Shown in pieces: positions 21,403-30,574 of a stretch of DNA of 64,000 bases. A program made the position numbers and the translations under genes. This DNA comes from an uncultured Flavobacteriaceae bacterium. GTDB taxonomy: Bacteria; Bacteroidota; Bacteroidia; Flavobacteriales; Flavobacteriaceae. Each line of letters opens with the position of its first letter. The stretch's first letter is position 1. Location of the stretch: positions 101,590 to 165,589 of the forward strand of contig CAWBZL010000002.1 in assembly GCA_963793275.1 (NCBI GenBank). Reading direction: 5' to 3'. Under the pieces are notes generated by a model. The model was not told the origin of the DNA. It saw only the letters and a program-made list of their open reading frames with translations, and searched no databases.

Positions 21403-21410
21403 CTAACTTT
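21403..21410 (+). promoter_or_regulatory. candidate Bacteroidetes sigma-A -7 element (TAnnTTTG) upstream of serS
   Basis: TAACTTTG lies 24 bp upstream of the serS ATG. No clear -33 TTG is present. Confidence 0.25.
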
Positions 21411-21433
21411 GCCGTCTTAAATTCTCAGAGAAA

Positions 21434-22705
21434 ATGTTACAAGTACAAGAAATACGCGCAAACAAAGATGCCTATATCAACGCCTTAAAAAAACGCGGGT
21501 TAGATGCTTCAGCAGATATCAACGCAATTCTGGAAGCAGATGAAACCCGTCGTGCAACCCAGACCAAACTGGATGAAACACTTGCACAAAGCAATACATT
21601 TTCGAAAGAGATCGGGAAGCTGTTTCAAAGTGGAGAAACTCAAAAGGCAAACATTTTAAAAGAGAAAACCAGCCAGTTAAAAGAAGCTTCAAAAAAGTAT
21701 CAGGAAGAACTTAATACTGCGGAAGAAATGCTGGAGAGTTTATTATATACCATCCCAAATATCCCTAACGAACTTGTCCCTGCAGGAACCGATGAAAATG
21801 ATAATGAGGAAGTTTTTGCCGAAGGTGATATCCCAAAGTTGAACAGTGAAGCCCTGCCACACTGGGAATTGGCTAAAAAATACGATCTAATAGATTTTGA
21901 ATTGGGCGTAAAAGTTACGGGCGCAGGTTTTCCGGTATACAAAGGAAAAGGAGCCAGATTACAACGTGCACTCATTAGTTATTTTCTGGATAAAAATACA
22001 GAAGCCGGCTACACCGAATACCAGGTGCCACATTTGGTAAACGAAGCGTCTGCAAGAGGGACAGGACAATTGCCGGACAAAGAAGGGCAAATGTATCACG
22101 TGACAGAAGATGATCTTTACCTCATTCCAACCGCAGAAGTACCCGTAACCAATTTGTTCAGAGGCGACTTAATTGCGCATACCCAATTGCCAATTACCTG
22201 TACTGGATACACACCATGTTTCCGTCGTGAAGCTGGAAGTTACGGCGCACACGTTCGTGGACTTAACAGATTACACCAATTTGATAAAGTTGAAATTGTA
22301 CGTGTGGAACATCCGGAAAATAGTTATGCAGCTTTGGACGGGATGGTAGCACACGTAAAAAATATACTACGCGATTTAAAACTACCCTACCGAGTACTTC
22401 GATTGTGTGGTGGGGATTTAGGATTCACGGCAGCATTAACGTACGATTTTGAAGTATTTAGCACCGCACAGGACAGATGGCTGGAAATTTCTTCTGTTTC
22501 CAATTTTGAAACGTTTCAGGCCAACCGATTAAAATTACGCTTTAAAGACGAAGACGGTAACAATAGGCTAGCACATACCTTAAACGGAAGTGCCTTAGCA
22601 TTACCACGTGTACTTGCAGGAATTCTGGAAAATTATCAAACGGAAGATGGTATTAAAATTCCTGAAGTTTTAGTGCCGTATTGTGGGTTCGACATGATTA
22701 AATAG
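21434..22705 (+). CDS. serS: seryl-tRNA synthetase
   Basis: 423 aa with N-terminal coiled-coil arm and class II aaRS core motifs. Confidence 0.9.
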   Translation: MLQVQEIRANKDAYINALKKRGLDASADINAILEADETRRATQTKLDETLAQSNTFSKEIGKLFQSGETQKANILKEKTSQLKEASKKYQEELNTAEEMLESLLYTIPNIPNELVPAGTDENDNEEVFAEGDIPKLNSEALPHWELAKKYDLIDFELGVKVTGAGFPVYKGKGARLQRALISYFLDKNTEAGYTEYQVPHLVNEASARGTGQLPDKEGQMYHVTEDDLYLIPTAEVPVTNLFRGDLIAHTQLPITCTGYTPCFRREAGSYGAHVRGLNRLHQFDKVEIVRVEHPENSYAALDGMVAHVKNILRDLKLPYRVLRLCGGDLGFTAALTYDFEVFSTAQDRWLEISSVSNFETFQANRLKLRFKDEDGNNRLAHTLNGSALALPRVLAGILENYQTEDGIKIPEVLVPYCGFDMIK

Positions 22706-22706
22706 C

Positions 22707-23315
22707 ATGGGAGAAATTATTGCCACCATATTATTTTTAATTGCGGTAATAGATCCAATTGGTTCTGTTCCTGTTTATTTAGAAGCTACAAAGCATTTCG
22801 ACCAAAAACATAAAAATAAAATAGCTGTAAGAGCAAGTTTTATAGCGTTTCTTATTCTGCTATTCTTTATTGTAATTGGACAGCTAATTCTGGAAGGAAT
22901 GGATATTTCGTTATATGCATTTCAAATATCTGGTGGGGTTATTTTATTCCTCTTTGCCCTTACCATGATCTTTGGCGACGGTAAACCAGAAATGGAAAAA
23001 CACCTCATAACAGACTATAAACACGTTACCATTTTCCCGGTTGCCATCCCTTCCATTGCTTCTCCCGGTGCAATAATGGCCGTTGTACTTATGACTGATA
23101 ATCATATTTACACCATCCAACAGCAAGCGGTAACTGCTACCCTAGTTTTTGTTGTAGTAATTATTACGGCTGTTTTACTGCTGGTTGCAAACGTAGTGCA
23201 AAAGAGAATTGGCGAATATGGTATTACGGTAATTAGTAAAATTATGGGCTTAATTCTCGCTTCGTATGCCGTACAAAGTATTTTGGCCGGAGTTAAAGGG
23301 TTCTTCTTTACGTGA
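22707..23315 (+). CDS. MarC-family (UPF0056) integral membrane protein
   Basis: 202 aa with six TM helices and N-terminal FLIAVIDPIG, typical of MarC. Confidence 0.75.
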   Translation: MGEIIATILFLIAVIDPIGSVPVYLEATKHFDQKHKNKIAVRASFIAFLILLFFIVIGQLILEGMDISLYAFQISGGVILFLFALTMIFGDGKPEMEKHLITDYKHVTIFPVAIPSIASPGAIMAVVLMTDNHIYTIQQQAVTATLVFVVVIITAVLLLVANVVQKRIGEYGITVISKIMGLILASYAVQSILAGVKGFFFT

Positions 23316-23424
23316 TCTAAATTCGGGAATAGGTTTTTTATTCAAATTATTTTCTTTGTCAAATTCCTTACCCTCAATTTACTTTAGTGTAACAATAGCT
23401 TCAATTGTTTCTGAAATGAAGTAG

Positions 23425-24243
23425 TTACCCTAGTTTTTCAGCAATCACTTCAACCATCATAGGACAAAACAGCGTTGTGTTTTTGTCTTTTTCCAGCATT
23501 TTATGGTCTTCAAAAGCCTGTTTTGATTCTGCATCGGTTAAAAAACCCATTTGGACCAAACGCGGAAAATAGCTGTAGTAAAAGGTTTTGGGCCATTGCC
23601 ACACTATGTTTTCTGGTGTTCCTAATTTTGGCATTAAACGAATGCTAGTAACTTTCATTCCAATTTCAGCCAGCAAGGTTGGAAGTTCGCGCCCAATATC
23701 TATTTCTCCTTTTTGTTCTTTAAAACTTTTGAGGCAGGCTGCAATGGCTTTATTTAACCCTGCAAGTTGAGGTTCGGTTTGGTGGGTACGCCAATCGTAA
23801 TATTCGTGAAGCACCATTTTTCCACCAGGTTTTAAGGCATTGTAAGCTTTCTGTAAAATTTCTTTAGGGTTGGAAATCCAAGCCAGTGCCCAGCGACAAT
23901 ACAGGCCGTCCAGAGTATTTTGCGGTAGCTGCAAATTGTCAAAATCTGAACAGATCCCATCAATATTCAAATGATACAAGGTTGCGATTTGCGTGAGGTG
24001 TTGAATGTAACCTTCATCCAGATCTACACCAATCACTTTACCAGTTTCACCTACCAAATATGCTAACTCTTTACTACAAAATCCAGGGCCACAACCCAGG
24101 TCCAAAATAGTTTGTCCGGCAGTAAAGCCAGCTGTTTTCCAGCCTTCCTGCGCTTCGGTTGCCCATATTTGATGTTGTACACCCAAGCGGTGCAGTTCTT
24201 GTGCGTCTGTTCCTAAAATATAGGGTTGGGAGGGTTTTGGCAT
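23425..24243 (-). CDS. class I SAM-dependent methyltransferase
   Basis: 272 aa with SAM-binding motif I ILDLGCGPGF. Confidence 0.7.
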   Translation of the reverse strand: MPKPSQPYILGTDAQELHRLGVQHQIWATEAQEGWKTAGFTAGQTILDLGCGPGFCSKELAYLVGETGKVIGVDLDEGYIQHLTQIATLYHLNIDGICSDFDNLQLPQNTLDGLYCRWALAWISNPKEILQKAYNALKPGGKMVLHEYYDWRTHQTEPQLAGLNKAIAACLKSFKEQKGEIDIGRELPTLLAEIGMKVTSIRLMPKLGTPENIVWQWPKTFYYSYFPRLVQMGFLTDAESKQAFEDHKMLEKDKNTTLFCPMMVEVIAEKLG

Positions 24244-24652
24244 GGTTGGTGAATTTGACTGTAAGATAATAAATAACCAACTAGTTAGTCGAGATATTTT
24301 TTAAGTTGTTTCGGAATAAAATAGTGCCAGTCACTCCGGCAACTTTCTCTTGAATCTTCGGGGACGTTATCTGGCTAATTCTCTTTTATGGTGTTGGTAG
24401 GGGTAGAACCGTTTTCAGCAAGGAGTATTTCAGAATCTACTCGAGCCAGACCGGGATATCCATTATTCCACAAATTTAGAATTTCTTCTTTATCAGTCTT
24501 TGATAGTTCTATTTGTTTAATAAATTCTACGCTACATATTTTTTGTTTACGGCAAGTGCTAAATTTAAAAATTTGGCGACCTCAAAAAAGTGCCCGTTGT
24601 TTTTTCTCAAATCCTCGTGCTATATTTTATATACATTTTAACAGCCAATTTT

Positions 24653-25387
24653 TTATCGGTATTCTGGATTTTCAAATTTCCATCGTTCCCCATTATCCCA
24701 TTCTTTCCGAGAGTTACCATAATTAGGATACCCGCTATTTTCCTGGAGCATTAGTGCTAAATGAAGGAGATTATATGTCATAAAAGTTGTGTTTCTATTT
24801 GTGAAATTACTATCGAAACCAACAGGCTTCTGCAGTTTTTCTCCGTTCCATTCTTTATCTCCATAACTTGGTCCAGGACCAACTTTTCCAATCCATCCGC
24901 AATCTGCTTGTGGTGGTATTGAATATCCTACGTGTTGAAGTGAGTACAATATTCCCATCGCACAATGCTTTATGCCATCTTCGTTCCCAGTAACTATGCA
25001 GCCACCAACTTTACCATAAAAAATGTATTGACCTTTATCATTCGTTAAACTGCTCAAAGCATAAAGTCTTTCAATTAATTTTTGAGCTTCAGAGGATTTT
25101 TCGCCAAGCCAAATTGGTGTTCCAACGATAAGAATATCAGCATCCAAAACTCTTTTTGTTAATGTTGGCCACTCATCAATATCCCATCCATATTCTGTCA
25201 TATCTGGATAAACACCACTTGCCACCTGGTGGTCGATTAATCTAATTTCGTCGATTTTGACTTTTTCCTTGATCATAATGGCTTTAGAAACTTCCATTAA
25301 AGTTTTCGTGTGGCTTTCTTGTGGTGATTTTTTGAGAGTACAATTTATATAAATCACTTTTAGATTACTGAAATCTGGTTTTTTCAT
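24653..25387 (-). CDS. flavodoxin-like fold NAD(P)H-dependent oxidoreductase
   Basis: 244 aa with the NADPH-dependent FMN reductase-like N-terminus (KVIYINCTLKKSP...). Confidence 0.6.
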   Translation of the reverse strand: MKKPDFSNLKVIYINCTLKKSPQESHTKTLMEVSKAIMIKEKVKIDEIRLIDHQVASGVYPDMTEYGWDIDEWPTLTKRVLDADILIVGTPIWLGEKSSEAQKLIERLYALSSLTNDKGQYIFYGKVGGCIVTGNEDGIKHCAMGILYSLQHVGYSIPPQADCGWIGKVGPGPSYGDKEWNGEKLQKPVGFDSNFTNRNTTFMTYNLLHLALMLQENSGYPNYGNSRKEWDNGERWKFENPEYR

Positions 25388-25502
25388 AAATCTGGTTTTT
25401 TAAGTTAGTTACAACAGATTATAGTGTTAGTACGTTAAAAACTCCTTACAAGATACAAATTATATATAGTTTGATAAATCAGCTTCTACAGTCTTATAGC
25501 CC

Positions 25503-25542
25503 GATACAAACGCTTACAAACGTTTATAAACGACTATAAACA
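25503..25542. repeat. four tandem imperfect 10-bp direct repeats (NNTAYAAACG)
   Basis: gatacaaacg, cttacaaacg, tttataaacg and actataaaca with one-helical-turn spacing, about 120 bp upstream of ssb. Confidence 0.4.
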
Positions 25543-25663
25543 CTTCCTAACCGACTAGTTCATACAGCACATCCAATATTTGCACTGTTGAAATAAATCG
25601 ACAACGGCTACCAGACCGATTCTGGAAAATAACTTAACTGTTTAACATTAAAATTTATTTATT

Positions 25664-25996
25664 ATGAACGCACTTAGAAACAAAGTACAGTTGATTGGAA
25701 GATTGGGGCAAGACCCGGAAATTGTAACCTTTAAAGACGGCAACAAAATGGCCAAATTCTCTATGGCCACGGACGACAGCTACAAAGACAAAGAAGGACA
25801 GAAAGTAGAACGTGCTTACTGGCACAATGTAATTGTAAAAGGAGGCCTTGTAAATGTGGTGGAAAACTATGTAACCAAAGGACAGGAAATCGCCATAGAA
25901 GGGAAACTCACCAACCGCTCCTGGGACGACAAAGAAGGCAACAAACATTATGTTACCGAGGTGTTATGTAATGAGTTATTGATGTTAAGTAAGTAG
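25664..25996 (+). CDS. ssb: single-stranded DNA-binding protein (short form)
   Basis: 110 aa with OB-fold SSB N-terminus (NKVQLIGRLGQDPE). The short C-tail is typical of Bacteroidetes. Confidence 0.85.
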   Translation: MNALRNKVQLIGRLGQDPEIVTFKDGNKMAKFSMATDDSYKDKEGQKVERAYWHNVIVKGGLVNVVENYVTKGQEIAIEGKLTNRSWDDKEGNKHYVTEVLCNELLMLSK

Positions 25997-26042
25997 CCTT
26001 CTACTCCGCTCAGGCTTCTTTTAGTAGCATAGGATTTTAACC

Positions 26043-26070
26043 AAAAGGGGGCACTATGGTCCCCTTTTTT
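26043..26070 (+). terminator. rho-independent terminator after ssb
   Basis: 10-bp stem aaaagggggc/gccccctttt-like (43-52 / 59-68), a 6-nt loop, then a T-run. Confidence 0.6.
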
Positions 26071-26082
26071 AAATTTTTTAAT

Positions 26083-26392
26083 TTGGCAGGAGCGTACGTA
26101 TATATGCTATTATGTGCCAACAATAGTTATTATATTGGCAGTACACGATCTCTATTGAAGAGATTTCAAGAACACCGGATGGGACAAGGGGCAAATCATA
26201 CCTTTTAAATATTTACCCGTGGCGTTTGTTTATTTTGAGGAGCATAATTCTAAAGACCATGCGTATCTTCGCGAAATGCAGTTGAAAGGATGGACAAGAA
26301 AGAAGAAACAAACATTAAATATGAATTGGAAATTTGAGTTGCACAGGTTATCTGCATGTAAAAACCCAACACATTATTTAAATAGGAATTAA
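26083..26392 (+). pseudogene. small GIY-YIG nuclease family gene, disrupted by a +1 insertion in a T-run at 26203-26206
   Basis: Frame A reads (M)AGAYVYMLLCANNSYYIGSTRSLLKRFQEHRMGQGANHTF*. The next frame continues KYLPVAFVYFEEHNSKDHAYLREMQLKGWTRKKKQTL. Together these form the complete GIY-YIG (UPF0213-like) fold motifs YVY...YIGxT...R...H and ...E...KxW. Confidence 0.5.
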
Positions 26393-26432
26393 AAATAAAG
26401 CACCCTGCGGAGTCGAAGGGTGAATATTAGCA

Positions 26433-28508
26433 ATGCAAAAAAACCCAAACATCAAAAACCTCCTCAAAACCCATTTCGGTTTCGACACCTTTCGTCCTAA
26501 CCAGCAGGAAATTATTGAAAATGTGCTGGCGGGTAAAAACACGCTGGCCATTATGCCTACAGGAGGGGGAAAGTCATTGTGTTTTCAGTTACCTGCTTTG
26601 ACATTGGAAGGAACAGCGATTGTTATTTCACCGTTAATTGCCTTAATGAAGGATCAGGTAGATGCCCTAAATGCCAACGGAATTTCGGCTTCATATTATA
26701 ATAGTAGCCAGGTGCCAGAGGTGCAGGAGGAAGTATTGACGAACTTAATGACGGGTCAATTAAAATTACTCTATGTGGCTCCGGAAAGCCTGTGGAACCT
26801 CACCAATTATTTTTCTAAGACTGAAATTTCCTTAATCGCAGTAGACGAGGCCCACTGTATTTCATCGTGGGGTCATGATTTCAGACCTGCCTACACGCAA
26901 TTAAGCAGGCTCCAAGACGAATTTCCAAAAACACCAGTGATCGCTTTAACCGCAACGGCAGACCGAGCAACACAGGACGATATTGTAAAACAACTAGGTA
27001 TTGGCAGTGCCAGAAGATTTGTATCTTCTTTCGACAGGCCTAACCTATACCTGGATGTGCGCCCTGGACAACAACGGATGCAGCAGGTATTAAAATTTCT
27101 GAAAAACAAAGAAACTCAAAGCGGTATTATTTACTGTTTAAGCCGAAAAAGTACTGAAGCCATCGCATCAAAACTCGTTGCAAAAGGCTACAAAGCCCAA
27201 GCGTATCACGCCGGAATTGAAGCTGAAGAACGCAGCAGGATCCAGGACGACTTTATAAATGACAGAGCTCCTATAATCGTGGCTACCATCGCTTTTGGGA
27301 TGGGAATAGACAAAAGCAATGTCCGTTGGGTGATACATTATAACATGCCAAAGAATATTGAAGGCTATTATCAGGAAATTGGCCGAAGCGGTCGTGACGG
27401 ACTACCCGCGCACGGATTAATGTTTTACAGCTTTGCCGACGTAATTATGCTTCGGAAATTTGCTCAGGGAACCCAGACCGAAGAATTTCAGCTGGCAAAA
27501 CTGGAACGTATGCAACAATTTGCCGAAGCCTTAAGTTGTCGTCGAAAAGCGTTGCTCAATTATTTTGGTGAACATATGACGCAGGATTGTGGTAATTGCG
27601 ACATTTGCAAAACTCCACCTCAATATATAGACGGTACCATAATCGCTCAAAAGGTATGCTCTGGAGTCGCCAGATTGAAAGAGCAGGAAGCAATGGGAAT
27701 GTTAATAGATGTGTTGAGAGGCTCTCACAACGCGCAGGTTGTTGAGAAAGGCTATCAAAATTTAAAGACCTTTGGAGCTGCTAAAGACATTCCGTGGAAA
27801 GATCTACAGCAGTATGTCATTCAGCTATTGAATCAAGGTGTGTTGGAAATTTGGTTCCACGAAAACGGCCGATTGGTGCTTACCCCAACTGCCAAAAAGA
27901 TTTTATTTGAAGGTAAAAAAGTGCGTCTGGCAGACTTGATGCAACCAGAGGCTGTTACCATTCCAAAAGAGCGGACCACAAAAAAACGCAAAGATTTATT
28001 CGAAAAATTACGTACGCTCCGTACCAAATTGGCTACCGAAGCCGGAGTGCCCGCGTATGTTATTTTTAGCGATGCCAGTTTGGAAGATATGGAAAATAAG
28101 CTCCCAAAAACGGTGGCCGATTTTGCTGAAATTAGTGGTGTGGGTCGCGCTAAACTGGAAAAATATGCCGATGTATTTTTACAAGTAGTCGCCAAGCATC
28201 AGGATGCTCAGGAAAATAAAGTAGCCACACACGAGCGCAGTCTGCAATTATTTGAAAAGGGATTGACGGTGCCAGAAATTTCAAAAAAGAGGGGTATTTC
28301 TGTTAATACTGTATACGGTCATTTTCTGAAGATGCACGAATTGGGTCACAAAATAGACTTGTCTCAATTTATCTCTACAGAAGAAATTTCAGCAGTGCAA
28401 AAGGCGAAATTAAAGCTGGAAAATCCCGATGGGTTAAAACTCTATTTCGATTATTTTGAAGAAAAAATGCCGTATTGGAAAATAAAGTTTGGGTTGTCCT
28501 TAGCGTAA
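26433..28508 (+). CDS. recQ: ATP-dependent DNA helicase RecQ
   Basis: 691 aa beginning FGFDTFRPNQQEII...MPTGGGKSLCFQLPAL, with a DEAH box, RecQ zinc-binding Cys cluster and C-terminal HRDC domain. Confidence 0.9.
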   Translation: MQKNPNIKNLLKTHFGFDTFRPNQQEIIENVLAGKNTLAIMPTGGGKSLCFQLPALTLEGTAIVISPLIALMKDQVDALNANGISASYYNSSQVPEVQEEVLTNLMTGQLKLLYVAPESLWNLTNYFSKTEISLIAVDEAHCISSWGHDFRPAYTQLSRLQDEFPKTPVIALTATADRATQDDIVKQLGIGSARRFVSSFDRPNLYLDVRPGQQRMQQVLKFLKNKETQSGIIYCLSRKSTEAIASKLVAKGYKAQAYHAGIEAEERSRIQDDFINDRAPIIVATIAFGMGIDKSNVRWVIHYNMPKNIEGYYQEIGRSGRDGLPAHGLMFYSFADVIMLRKFAQGTQTEEFQLAKLERMQQFAEALSCRRKALLNYFGEHMTQDCGNCDICKTPPQYIDGTIIAQKVCSGVARLKEQEAMGMLIDVLRGSHNAQVVEKGYQNLKTFGAAKDIPWKDLQQYVIQLLNQGVLEIWFHENGRLVLTPTAKKILFEGKKVRLADLMQPEAVTIPKERTTKKRKDLFEKLRTLRTKLATEAGVPAYVIFSDASLEDMENKLPKTVADFAEISGVGRAKLEKYADVFLQVVAKHQDAQENKVATHERSLQLFEKGLTVPEISKKRGISVNTVYGHFLKMHELGHKIDLSQFISTEEISAVQKAKLKLENPDGLKLYFDYFEEKMPYWKIKFGLSLA

Positions 28509-28727
28509 AATCCCTTAGAATCAATCTAAATCAGAACAATAATTTTGAAAACTGCATCATTTTTCATCATATTTGCCACCAAATGAGAACGATTAGTTTA
28601 CATACACCACAAATAGGACTGAATTTTCAGTGGGAATATCGTGCGATGAAAAATTCAGATTCACGGTACAGGGCGTTATGTAACTTTTTTTGAGATAAAA
28701 ATAAACTCTAAAACAACATTTATATAA

Positions 28728-28756
28728 AGCGTCCGATCCAACGGGCGCTTTTTTTA
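28728..28756 (+). terminator. rho-independent terminator hairpin in recQ-downstream intergenic region
   Basis: 8-bp stem agcgtccg/cgggcgct with loop atccaa, then T8. Confidence 0.45.
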
Positions 28757-29198
28757 TGAATTTTTTTACTGAATGATAAAATTTTAAGGCACACATAAAA
28801 ATGTAGGCATTGACGTATAAGCAACAGAGAGACAACAGTTTGCAAACAAGGCCAGAAATCTGCAATAATCGGACAGGGAATTGCTATGCTTTAAATTAAT
28901 GTAAATAACTGATAATCAACAAAATAAAATTAAAAATTAGTTGTGTAATTCAAAAATACATTTCATATTTGCACCGCAGTTATGATATAGATAACTGCTT
29001 TAAAAAACTATAAATTTAAAATAAGAAGCTATGCGATTTCAAACGTATATAGATCAAAAAACAGGAAGTGAAAGTTTCCTCAGCAAAACGCTTCGCGATT
29101 ATAATTAGAATAATTTCTTCTATGAAAAATCCGAAGCAACTCCACCGTTTCGGATTTTTTTATGCCTTTTTCTAAAAGGATCCTACAAGTTCGTTACG

Positions 29199-29804
29199 GT
29201 GATTAAGAACACATTAAAGATCACTAAAATGAACACAAATACACATAATTTATACTTATTCAAGGCTATGGAGGCATACCCTTGGGACCTTGAAAAAGCG
29301 GTTGAAGCATTGCAATATGCTTTGTCTTACGAACCAGAAAACGTAACCGCCCTTTGTTTGATGGCAAAAGTACACGCCGAACAACTAAGCGATTATGAAA
29401 CCGCAAAAAGCTATTTTGAAAAAGCAGTAGCAAGCGATATACGTGCCACCAAAATATATCCGGATTATGTACGTACGTTACTACAGAATCACGATTTTGA
29501 GGAAGCTCAAAAGCTGATAGATTTTGCGATGACTGTAAAAGCGGTGGATAGAGGTGGTTTACAATTATTGCAAGGGCAATTGTTTGAAAACTTGCAAAAG
29601 TTTGAAAAAGCTGAAGCAGCTTTAAAAGAAGCTCGTAACCTAGGGTTAAATTCAGATTTTATCGAATTTGTTGAAAGCGAATTGGAGCGCGTCACCAAAA
29701 AAAGGGAACGCCAAAACAATGAGCAAAAAACCGACAACTCTAAGGAAACAGCTAAAACGGAAGATTCAAAAAGCTGGGTCCACAGGCTAAGTAGCTTACT
29801 ATAA
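29199..29804 (+). CDS. hypothetical helical/TPR-like protein (true start possibly ATG at 29229)
   Basis: 201 aa of helical repeat-like sequence with a charged C-terminal tail. No catalytic motif. Confidence 0.45.
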   Translation: MIKNTLKITKMNTNTHNLYLFKAMEAYPWDLEKAVEALQYALSYEPENVTALCLMAKVHAEQLSDYETAKSYFEKAVASDIRATKIYPDYVRTLLQNHDFEEAQKLIDFAMTVKAVDRGGLQLLQGQLFENLQKFEKAEAALKEARNLGLNSDFIEFVESELERVTKKRERQNNEQKTDNSKETAKTEDSKSWVHRLSSLL

Positions 29805-29875
29805 ATCAGGATAAAATCTAAGTTTAATTTATAAAGGAAACAATAAAATCCGCTCTCTGTAAAGAGGGTGGTATA

Positions 29876-29959
29876 CGGGAGTGCGTCAACGCTGGAGAGT
29901 TGAGATAGTCTGTAAAACTATTCCTTAGTAGCTGAATAGGTTCAAATCCTTTCACTCCC
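29876..29959 (+). tRNA. tRNA-Tyr(GTA)-like, class II, with aberrant D-arm and a T-stem mismatch
   Basis: Perfect acceptor stem gggagtg/cactccc, anticodon arm atagt-ctgtaaa-actat and a long variable arm. C8 replaces U8, the D-loop is atypical and the T-stem has a U:U mismatch. Confidence 0.35.
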
Positions 29960-29962
29960 ACA

Positions 29963-30035
29963 GAGTACCGTAGTTCAAAGGCTGGAGCGTCCGGTTGTCT
30001 CCCGGAAAGGTACGGGTTCGAGTCCCGTCGGTACT
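29963..30035 (+). tRNA. tRNA-Asp(GTC)
   Basis: 73-nt cloverleaf: acceptor agtaccg/cggtact, D-stem gttc/gagc, anticodon loop ttgtctc, T-arm acggg-ttcgagt-cccgt. Position 37 is U rather than a purine. Confidence 0.6.
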
Positions 30036-30167
30036 GCGAATGATATTGAAGGAGTTTGCATCGGGACGAGAAGTTTATCCTGAGTAGTGGTGAGGCACGA
30101 GCCGCGAATCGAAGGGAGTCCCGTCGGTACGGTCATGCCTCCGACGAGAGAGGCACGAACCAGAGGA

Positions 30168-30239
30168 AGGCACTTTAGCATAGTGGTTGGTGCACCTCAC
30201 TTTCTATGAGGAGACCAGGGTTTGATTCCCTGATGGAGT
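30168..30239 (+). ncRNA. tRNA-Glu(TTC)-like unit with non-pairing acceptor 3' strand (degenerate)
   Basis: It has D-, anticodon- (cctca-ctttcta-tgagg) and T-arms, but the T-loop tttgatt lacks C56 and the 3' strand atggagt cannot pair with 5' ggcactt. Confidence 0.3.
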
Positions 30240-30243
30240 ACAA

Positions 30244-30339
30244 TGGGCTTATGGTGTAGCGGATAGCATGCTTGGCTTCGAACCAAGTGGTATGTTGCCT
30301 GTGCCGCACTTGATGCGGTATTCAAATCCTGTTAAGCCC
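30244..30339 (+). ncRNA. tRNA-like unit (anticodon TCG) carrying a ~20-nt hairpin insertion in the variable/T region
   Basis: Perfect acceptor gggctta/taagccc and anticodon arm cttgg-cttcgaa-ccaag. A 44-nt segment containing hairpin tgccgca-cttga-tgcggta sits where the variable loop and T-arm should be, and cctgt is duplicated. Confidence 0.3.
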
Positions 30340-30344
30340 ACAAA

Positions 30345-30417
30345 TTGAGGTATAACTCAGCGGCTAGAGTACCGTGCTTTTAACACGGGAGTCCTAGGTT
30401 CAAATCCTAGTGCCTCA
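30345..30417 (+). tRNA. tRNA-Lys(TTT)
   Basis: 73-nt canonical cloverleaf with U8A9, D-stem actc/gagt, anticodon loop cttttaa and T-arm ctagg-ttcaaat-cctag. The 1:72 pair is U:A. Confidence 0.7.
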
Positions 30418-30421
30418 ACAA

Positions 30422-30492
30422 TAAACCCATAGTGTAGTGGTAGCACACAAGATTTTGATTCTTGGGGTCTGAGTTCGAATCTCGGTGGGTTT
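30422..30492 (+). tRNA. tRNA-Gln(TTG)
   Basis: 71-nt cloverleaf with acceptor aaaccca/tgggttt, anticodon arm caaga-ttttgat-tcttg and T-arm ctgag-ttcgaat-ctcgg. Confidence 0.7.
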
Positions 30493-30500
30493 ACACTATA

Positions 30501-30573
30501 TGGAACAGTAGCAAAGCGGGTCAATGCACTGGATTGAAGCTCCAGGAATACGGGTTCGAGTCCTGTCTGTTCC
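30501..30573 (+). tRNA. tRNA-Phe(GAA)
   Basis: 73 nt with perfect acceptor ggaacag/ctgttcc, anticodon arm ctgga-ttgaagc-tccag and T-arm acggg-ttcgagt-cctgt. Confidence 0.7.
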
Positions 30574-30574
30574 A

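Noticed and set aside
24388-24726. 112-aa plus-strand ORF in the methyltransferase/flavodoxin intergenic region
   Set aside because: It overlaps the 3' end of the minus-strand flavodoxin-like gene and has low-complexity sequence with no motifs. The ~370-bp gap here is more likely promoter/UTR or a decayed gene.
25655-25948. 97-aa minus-strand ORF
   Set aside because: It is fully antisense to ssb, which has clear OB-fold motifs. It is an antisense artefact.
28475-28865. Two small ORFs (72 and 90 aa) in the AT-rich recQ-downstream region
   Set aside because: One overlaps the recQ stop in another frame. Both are in about 30 percent GC sequence full of homopolymers and show no coding signal.
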